Origin: a virus
Lineage: Duplodnaviria > Caudoviricetes
Strand: one strand, 5' to 3'
Length of the DNA stretch: 59,862 nt
IMG/VR virus record: IMGVR_UViG_3300036841_000201
Coordinates: 1-59,862 of that record
In this document: positions 54,195 to 59,862 of the stretch, in pieces
How positions within the stretch are numbered: the first letter of the stretch is position 1
Layout: every line of letters begins with the position of its first letter
Notes under the pieces: generated by a model
Seen by the model: only the letters and a program-made list of their open reading frames with translations
Told to the model about the DNA's origin: nothing
Databases searched by the model: none
Translations under genes and position numbers: made by a program

Positions 54195-55480
54195 TGCGTG
54201 TCGTCCCGCTCGAGGGCAAGGCGAAGGCCGCGGCCGGGCTGTGTACGGCTCGGCTGAATGTCTTCGAGGGCGCCGTCAGGTCGGGAAAGACGATCGCGTC
54301 GCTGCTCGCGTGGCTGAAGTTCGTGCGCGAGGCCCCGGACGGTCCGTTGCTGATGGTGGGCAAGACCGAACGGACGTTGAAGCACAACATCATCGATCCG
54401 CTGGTGGAGATGCTCGGCAACCGGCGGTGCAAGTTCCTGGCCGGGACCGGCGAGTTGTGGCTGCTGGGCCGGCGCGTATATGTCGCCGGGGCGAATGACG
54501 AGCGGTCGCAGGAGAAGATCCGCGGGCTCACGCTGGCCGGCGCGTACGTGGATGAGGCGTCGATCGTGCCGGAGTCGTTCTGGGCGATGCTCAAGACGCG
54601 GCTGTCGGTCGAGGGTGCGCGGCTGATCTGCACGACGAACCCGGACGGCCCGAACCACTGGCTGAAGAGCCAGCACCTCGACCGGGCGAAGCTGCACCTG
54701 ACCCGCGACGGCGACGTCAACCGGTTCGAGGCGAGCGAACTGCTGGATCTACACCGGTTCTCCTTCCAGCTCGAGGACAACCCGTCGCTGCCACGCTCGT
54801 TCATCGAGGAGACGAAGAAGGAGCACGTCGGCCTCTGGTATCGCCGCCTGGTCCTCGGCGAGTGGTGCCTAGCCGAGGGCTCCGTGTACGACATGTGGGA
54901 CCCGGACCGGCACGTCGTCGACGTCCTCCCGCAGATCCAGCGGTGGATCAGCATAGGCATCGACTACGGCACAACGAATCCGTTCGCCGCGCTCGTGCTC
55001 GGGATCGGCGTGGACCAGCGGCTGTACCTGACCAACGAGTGGCGCTACGACTCCAAGCAGGCGCACCGGCAGTTGACGGACGTGGAGTACTCCAAGCGCC
55101 TGCGCGCGTGGCTTGAGGAGTTGCCGCATCCGCATTCGCCGGCGGTTGGGATCCGGCCGCAGTGGTGCGTGGTCGACCCGTCGGCGGCGTCGTTCATCGC
55201 CCAGCTGCACCAGGACGGGCTCTCGCCGGCGCAGGGCGACAACAGCGTGTTGGACGGCATCCGCGTGGTGTCGTCGCTGCTCGCGCGCGACCGTTTGAAG
55301 GTGCACCGCTCGTGCACAGGCTGGATCAACGAGATCCCTGGCTATAGCTGGGACCCGGACCGGGCCGACCGCGGCGAGGACGCGCCGATCAAGGTCGACG
55401 ACCACAGCTTGGACGCCGGTCGCTACGGCATCTACACGACTCGGGCCGCGTGGCGGTCGCAACTGAGGGAGGCGGCGTAG
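54194..55480 (+). CDS. terL: Terminase large subunit (PBSX-like)
   Basis: GAVRSGKT Walker A, YVDE Walker B, TTNP, IDYGTTNP, DHSLDAGRY. Confidence 0.95.
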   Translation: MRVVPLEGKAKAAAGLCTARLNVFEGAVRSGKTIASLLAWLKFVREAPDGPLLMVGKTERTLKHNIIDPLVEMLGNRRCKFLAGTGELWLLGRRVYVAGANDERSQEKIRGLTLAGAYVDEASIVPESFWAMLKTRLSVEGARLICTTNPDGPNHWLKSQHLDRAKLHLTRDGDVNRFEASELLDLHRFSFQLEDNPSLPRSFIEETKKEHVGLWYRRLVLGEWCLAEGSVYDMWDPDRHVVDVLPQIQRWISIGIDYGTTNPFAALVLGIGVDQRLYLTNEWRYDSKQAHRQLTDVEYSKRLRAWLEELPHPHSPAVGIRPQWCVVDPSAASFIAQLHQDGLSPAQGDNSVLDGIRVVSSLLARDRLKVHRSCTGWINEIPGYSWDPDRADRGEDAPIKVDDHSLDAGRYGIYTTRAAWRSQLREAA

Positions 55481-55713
55481 TGGCTGATCGCAAGGCCGGC
55501 GAACTGCTCGACGCGCTGAACGTCACCCTCGAGGTCGACGACACCGACATGGTCACCGACGCCATCGTGATCGCCAAGAACGTGATGGCCAACGGCGAGG
55601 TCTCGGTGATCATCGGCAAGTCCGAGTCCACGTCGTGGCTTGAGCAACTCGGCCTGGTGTACGCGGCGGCCGACATCATGCGCGAAGGTGGCTACGAACG
55701 GGCCGGCGACTGA
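55480..55713 (+). CDS. Hypothetical protein
   Basis: GGAGG RBS; coupled. Confidence 0.6.
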   Translation: MADRKAGELLDALNVTLEVDDTDMVTDAIVIAKNVMANGEVSVIIGKSESTSWLEQLGLVYAAADIMREGGYERAGD

Positions 55714-55943
55714 TGGTCGATGACCTGGCAACCCGCGTGGGCGAGGTGAACGCGCGGCTCGTCGCGGCCGGCCGCTGCATCATGCACAACAGCGACGTGG
55801 ACATCCCCGCCCGCTACGCGATGGCACTGCAGAACGGGAACGTCGTGCCGCTGTGCGTCGAGTGCTGTGCCTGGTGGCGTCAGGACGCGCAGGAGTCCGG
55901 AGACCCGATGTCGCAGCCGGTACGAATCACCGAGCTGGTCTGA
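55713..55943 (+). CDS. Hypothetical protein
   Basis: TGATG coupling at both ends. Confidence 0.55.
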   Translation: MVDDLATRVGEVNARLVAAGRCIMHNSDVDIPARYAMALQNGNVVPLCVECCAWWRQDAQESGDPMSQPVRITELV

Positions 55944-57559
55944 TGCCACTTCCGACCGGCGGGGCCTGGCCGCCCGAGAACCTGCGGCCCGTCTATCAAC
56001 GTCTCGCCGCGTGGTCGGCTTGGTATTCGGGGAATCCCGACGAGCTTTCCTGGGTGTACGGCGGGCAGGCCGGCGTACCGTACGACTCGACCTCGCTGGA
56101 GCGGATCCAGAACCACCCGAGCCAGTACCGCGGCGGTGTCGTGGGCTGGTTCGCGCGGTGGTTCTGGGGTGAGCCGCTCACCGCGAGCCAGAAGCGCACG
56201 AAGCTGCACATCCCGGTGGCCGCGGACATCTCGCAGACCTCGGCCGAGTTGTTGTTCTCCGAGCCACCGAAGATCACCGTCCCTGAGGGTGGCAGCGGTG
56301 CGACCGCAGCGCAGGACCGCATCGAACAACTCGTCGACGACGGCGTGCACGCGACGTTCCTGGAGGCGGCGGAGATCTGCGCCGCGCTGTCCGGCGTGTA
56401 CCTGGCGACGTGCTGGGATCGTGAGGTTGCCGACCGGCCATGGCTCGCCGCGCGGCATCCCGACGCGGCCGTCCCGGAGTGGCGGTACGACCGGTTGGCC
56501 GAGGTGACGTTCTGGCGGGTCCTCGAGGATGACGGGAAACGCGTCGTCAGGCATCTCGAGCGGCACGAGCCCGGCTACATCCTCCACGGCGTGTACGAGG
56601 GAACGCCCGAACAGCTCGGCAAGCAGGTCGACCTCGGCGCGTTCCCGGCGACAGAGAACCTCGAGCCGGTGGTGGAGACGGGCCTGCCGAACCGGTTGAC
56701 CGCGACCTACATCCCGAACATGCGGCCGAACCGGATCTGGCGGAACCTGCCGGCGGCGGCGTACTGCGGTCGCAGCGACTTCACCGGCCTCGAACCGCTC
56801 ATGGACGCTTTGGACGAGACGTGGTCGTCGTGGATGCGCGACATCCGCCAAGGCGTCGGAAGGATCTTGGTCCCGGAACAGTATCTCGAGAACCTCGGCG
56901 CCGGCCGCGGGTCGCGCTGGGACCCGAGCCGTGAGGTGTACGAGGCGCTGTCGATGCTCCCGTCCAATGACCGGTCCCAGATCGAGCAGATCCAGTTCGC
57001 GATCCGGGTGGCCGAGCACCGCGACACCACCCAAGAGCAGGTCGAACACATCATCCGCGGCGCCGGGTACTCCGCGCAGACGTTCGGGCTGAAGGGTGAT
57101 GTCGCGGTGACGGCGACCGAGGTGAACGCGCGGGAGAAGAAGACCATCACGACCCGGAACCGGAAGATCGTGTATTGGCGGCCGGGCACGGCCGAGGCTG
57201 TCGAGACGCTCCTGATGGTGGACGCGGCGCAGTTCAACTCCGGCATTGACCCGGTCCGCCCTGATGTCGACTTCGGCCCGTACGTCGGCACCGACATCGG
57301 TGAGAACGCCCAGACCGCGCAGTTGATGCGCGCCGCGGAGGCCGCGTCCACGGAGACCCTCGTCAAGATGCTGCATCCGGACTGGGACGACAAGCAGGTG
57401 GCCGAGGAGGTCGCGCGGATCCGGGACGACTCCGTGGCGAGCCTGCCGCCGATGCTGTCCGGGCCGGCGGATCAGGGCGGCGCGGCGGGCATCGACGAGA
57501 AAATGCCGCCCGACGAAGCCGACACCGCCGAACCGGACGCTGCCGACGAGGGCTACTGA
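55943..57559 (+). CDS. Portal protein (SPP1/A118-like)
   Basis: LHIPVAADI..TSAELLFSEPP, GRSDF, YSAQTFG, TATEV motifs. Confidence 0.92.
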   Translation: MPLPTGGAWPPENLRPVYQRLAAWSAWYSGNPDELSWVYGGQAGVPYDSTSLERIQNHPSQYRGGVVGWFARWFWGEPLTASQKRTKLHIPVAADISQTSAELLFSEPPKITVPEGGSGATAAQDRIEQLVDDGVHATFLEAAEICAALSGVYLATCWDREVADRPWLAARHPDAAVPEWRYDRLAEVTFWRVLEDDGKRVVRHLERHEPGYILHGVYEGTPEQLGKQVDLGAFPATENLEPVVETGLPNRLTATYIPNMRPNRIWRNLPAAAYCGRSDFTGLEPLMDALDETWSSWMRDIRQGVGRILVPEQYLENLGAGRGSRWDPSREVYEALSMLPSNDRSQIEQIQFAIRVAEHRDTTQEQVEHIIRGAGYSAQTFGLKGDVAVTATEVNAREKKTITTRNRKIVYWRPGTAEAVETLLMVDAAQFNSGIDPVRPDVDFGPYVGTDIGENAQTAQLMRAAEAASTETLVKMLHPDWDDKQVAEEVARIRDDSVASLPPMLSGPADQGGAAGIDEKMPPDEADTAEPDAADEGY

Positions 57560-57639
57560 CCGCAAATCTTTCACTTCGCCACCGGCGGGCAAGCGGCCGA
57601 ACCGTAAATCTTCCTGTCGCGGGGAGGTGATCAGCCGCT

Positions 57640-57832
57640 ATGCCTGGACCGCACAGACCCTTTCGGTCGAAGGCACAGTGGCGATTACCGCCTGTTCTTC
57701 GCTTCACCTCGACTTCGGCGCTACGCCCACCAGAAAGCTCACGCTACGGCCGGCGGCCCGATCGTCCGCTACCGGCGACTGCCGTTCCGTAAGCGGGCTC
57801 CGACCGCGCGGACTCTCCGGAAGCTGGGATGA
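57640..57832 (+). pseudogene. Small basic protein gene split by a +1 frameshift at a TTA codon
   Basis: GGAGGTG RBS; MPGPHRPFRSKAQWR in frame 0, then (Y)RLFFASPRLRRYAHQKAH...RKLG* in the +1 frame, whose TGA overlaps the next ATG. Confidence 0.55.
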
Positions 57833-58884
57833 GCGAGCCCCTACCGCGGCTGCTGAACTTCGCCGACCAGGCAATGACCTTCCCGGACGTCGACCGCTCA
57901 CCGCCGTTCCCGCCCGGCCTGGTCTGGCCGACCCTGCGGCTGCACAACGCGGCGGAGATCCAGATCGTCGCCGGCATAGCGCGACTGCTCGCTGATGACC
58001 TCGCCGCGGCGGACTGGCCGGCTCGAGCGACCGCGCGGACGCTGAAGCTGCGCCGCATCGTCGATGGCGTCGTCGCCGGGTTGGTGGAGAACGGCCAGCA
58101 CCTGGCGGCCGACGCGATCACGAAGGCGTACCGGCAGGTGGTTCCCGATCGCCGACCGGATGGTCTGATCGAGCGTCTGCTGCTGGCTCTGCGGGAGTTC
58201 TGGGAGCAGATCAGGGCCACGGTGATGCGGCTTTGGAGTCAGGCTCTGGCTGCTGGGCAGGCCGACGATACCCGGCCGGTGGCGGTGCAGCGGGTGCTCG
58301 ACCGGGCCGCCGACCGCGGGCTGGGTCCTCGCGGCGGGCTCGGCTCGTACGCGGAAACCGTCGTGGGGGACGCAGTGCACGGCGCCGGCACGGACGCCTT
58401 CACCCAGGCCCTGCTGGCTCAAGGCGGAGACCTCGTGATCGTCACCGAGTCGCCGCACCCGTGCCCGATCTGCCTGCCGTGGGAGCACAAGGTGCTCTCG
58501 GTGACCGGTACGGACCCTGATCACCCGGCCCTGTCCGTGGCGCAAGAGGCTGGCCTCTTCCACAGAAATTGCCGCCACACATTGTTCGCCTGGGCGCCGG
58601 GATTTCAATGGCCGCCGAACATCGTCAAACACCTGCGCGGCACCTACGAGCAGGAGCAGCGGCAACGTCAGATCGAGGCGAACATCCGGCGGTGGAAGCG
58701 CCGGGAAGCGGCCGCGCTCGACGACCTGGCCGCGGCCAGATCCCGGAAGAAGATCCGCGAGTGGCAGGCCGCGATGCGCGAGCACATCAAGGCGACGGGT
58801 CTGCAGCGGTCACTGATGCGCGAGCGTACCGACTTCGAACGCACCCCGCCGAAGCGACACGCCCTCGCTGGCCCGCCGAGATAG
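57829..58884 (+). CDS. Minor capsid protein (MuF-like / Phage_min_cap2)
   Basis: CPICLPWE.KVLS...GLFHRNCRH...QRQIE..IRRWKR. Confidence 0.85.
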   Translation: MSEPLPRLLNFADQAMTFPDVDRSPPFPPGLVWPTLRLHNAAEIQIVAGIARLLADDLAAADWPARATARTLKLRRIVDGVVAGLVENGQHLAADAITKAYRQVVPDRRPDGLIERLLLALREFWEQIRATVMRLWSQALAAGQADDTRPVAVQRVLDRAADRGLGPRGGLGSYAETVVGDAVHGAGTDAFTQALLAQGGDLVIVTESPHPCPICLPWEHKVLSVTGTDPDHPALSVAQEAGLFHRNCRHTLFAWAPGFQWPPNIVKHLRGTYEQEQRQRQIEANIRRWKRREAAALDDLAAARSRKKIREWQAAMREHIKATGLQRSLMRERTDFERTPPKRHALAGPPR

Positions 58885-58896
58885 GAGAACCCCGCG

Positions 58897-59616
58897 GTGG
58901 AGTGGAATCCGAGCGAGCACCCGCGTAAGGCCGCAGGGGCTGCCGGCGGCGGGCAGTTCGCGCCGCTGTCCTACAACGCCAAGACCAACACGGGCACCGG
59001 GTACGGGAAGAAGCACGGCGACGACCGCGTCCGGGACGCCCAGAAGGCCCTGAACGCCCTCGGGATGAAGGACGCCAGCGGTAAGCCGCTGGTGCTCGAC
59101 GGGAAGCTGGGACCGCGCACCACGGCCGCCCTGAAGCGCTACCAAAAAGCCCACGGCATGCGGCCGGACGGGAAGATCACCCCCGCCCTGCTGAGCCGGC
59201 TCAAGAGCCGCGGCGGCAGCAAGGGCAAGACCCTTCACCGCGCCGGGAGTTCGGCGGGCCGCAGCTCCCCGGCGGGCCACAGCTCGAGGCGGAGCAGTGG
59301 AGGAGGCTCCCGAGGTGGGAGCGGGCAGATCGGCGCCGCACGCCGGGCCCTCCTCGCCGCCGGGCTCGTTAAGGGCAACCCGAGCGATAAGCAGGTCACC
59401 GCCGCGGTCAAGAAGTACCAGAAGTCCCGCCACATGCCCGCCAACGGGAAGATCACGCCCGAGCTGCTCGACCGGCTGCGTAAGGACCGCGCGCACCCGA
59501 AGGCCGCGGTGCGTACGCGCATCACCCGGCCGGACATTCGCTCGATCGAGGCGGCACCGCTCACCAAGGCGATGTTTGCTCGCCGCCGGCCGCTGCCTCG
59601 ACGACGCACCGCGTAG
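58897..59616 (+). CDS. Basic protein with two peptidoglycan-binding domains
   Basis: WNPSEHPR...GGQF; LDGKLGPRTTAALKRYQ...DGKIT; AVKKYQ...NGKIT. Confidence 0.7.
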   Translation: MEWNPSEHPRKAAGAAGGGQFAPLSYNAKTNTGTGYGKKHGDDRVRDAQKALNALGMKDASGKPLVLDGKLGPRTTAALKRYQKAHGMRPDGKITPALLSRLKSRGGSKGKTLHRAGSSAGRSSPAGHSSRRSSGGGSRGGSGQIGAARRALLAAGLVKGNPSDKQVTAAVKKYQKSRHMPANGKITPELLDRLRKDRAHPKAAVRTRITRPDIRSIEAAPLTKAMFARRRPLPRRRTA

Positions 59617-59625
59617 GAGGCGACC

Positions 59626-59841
59626 GTGGCGAAGCTCGCACCGCTCGGCACCGGCCAGCGATTCAAGTCTCTGAAACGCAAACTCGCCGCGAAAGGCGCA
59701 GCTGATCCCGGCGCCCTGGCCGCGCACATCGGCCGCCGCAAGTACGGCCGCGCCGGGTTCGCCGCGCTCGGTGCCGCCGGCCGTGCTCGCAGCGCTGGCA
59801 AGCGGATGACCAAGCGTGCGCTGTCCCGCGGCGCATATTGA
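59626..59841 (+). CDS. Small basic protein
   Basis: GGAGG RBS; LGTGQRFKSL...ALAAHIGRRKYG. Confidence 0.65.
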   Translation: MAKLAPLGTGQRFKSLKRKLAAKGAADPGALAAHIGRRKYGRAGFAALGAAGRARSAGKRMTKRALSRGAY

Positions 59842-59862
59842 CGTCCCTCAACCCTGAGGGCG
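59736..59862. repeat. 127-bp terminal overlap (identical to 1-127)
   Basis: Exact match. Confidence 0.95.

Overview
The window is an apparently complete, circular, GC-rich temperate actinobacterial siphovirus genome. Bases 1-127 are repeated exactly at 59736-59862, so the unit length is about 59,735 bp. Gene order: scaffold, capsid and tail (149-14822); lysis (14835-18222, interrupted by an opposite-strand endonuclease VII/HNH gene); accessory region (DUF4417, tRNA-fMet, FxSxx-COOH-like peptide, XRE-DUF397 pair, HicAB-like pair, processive GT2); serine integrase with a candidate attP; repressor/Cro switch; a long early/middle operon (ParB-like proteins, SSAP, HNH, methyltransferases, RuvC-like resolvase, beta-clamp-like, WhiB, Rep); then terminase, portal and minor capsid (53724-59841). 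The standout feature is an RNA-guided TIGR-Tas-like locus at 36252-38095. It encodes a nuclease-less IS110/Nop-domain protein and ten stem-loop units of the form stem-CCA-N9-CG-N4-CCA-N9-(C/T)G-stem. All ten units lie inside open reading frames: one in the upstream gene, six in the N-terminal extension of the Tas ORF, and three inserted in frame within the Nop domain. All family assignments come from motif recognition by eye; no database searches were run.
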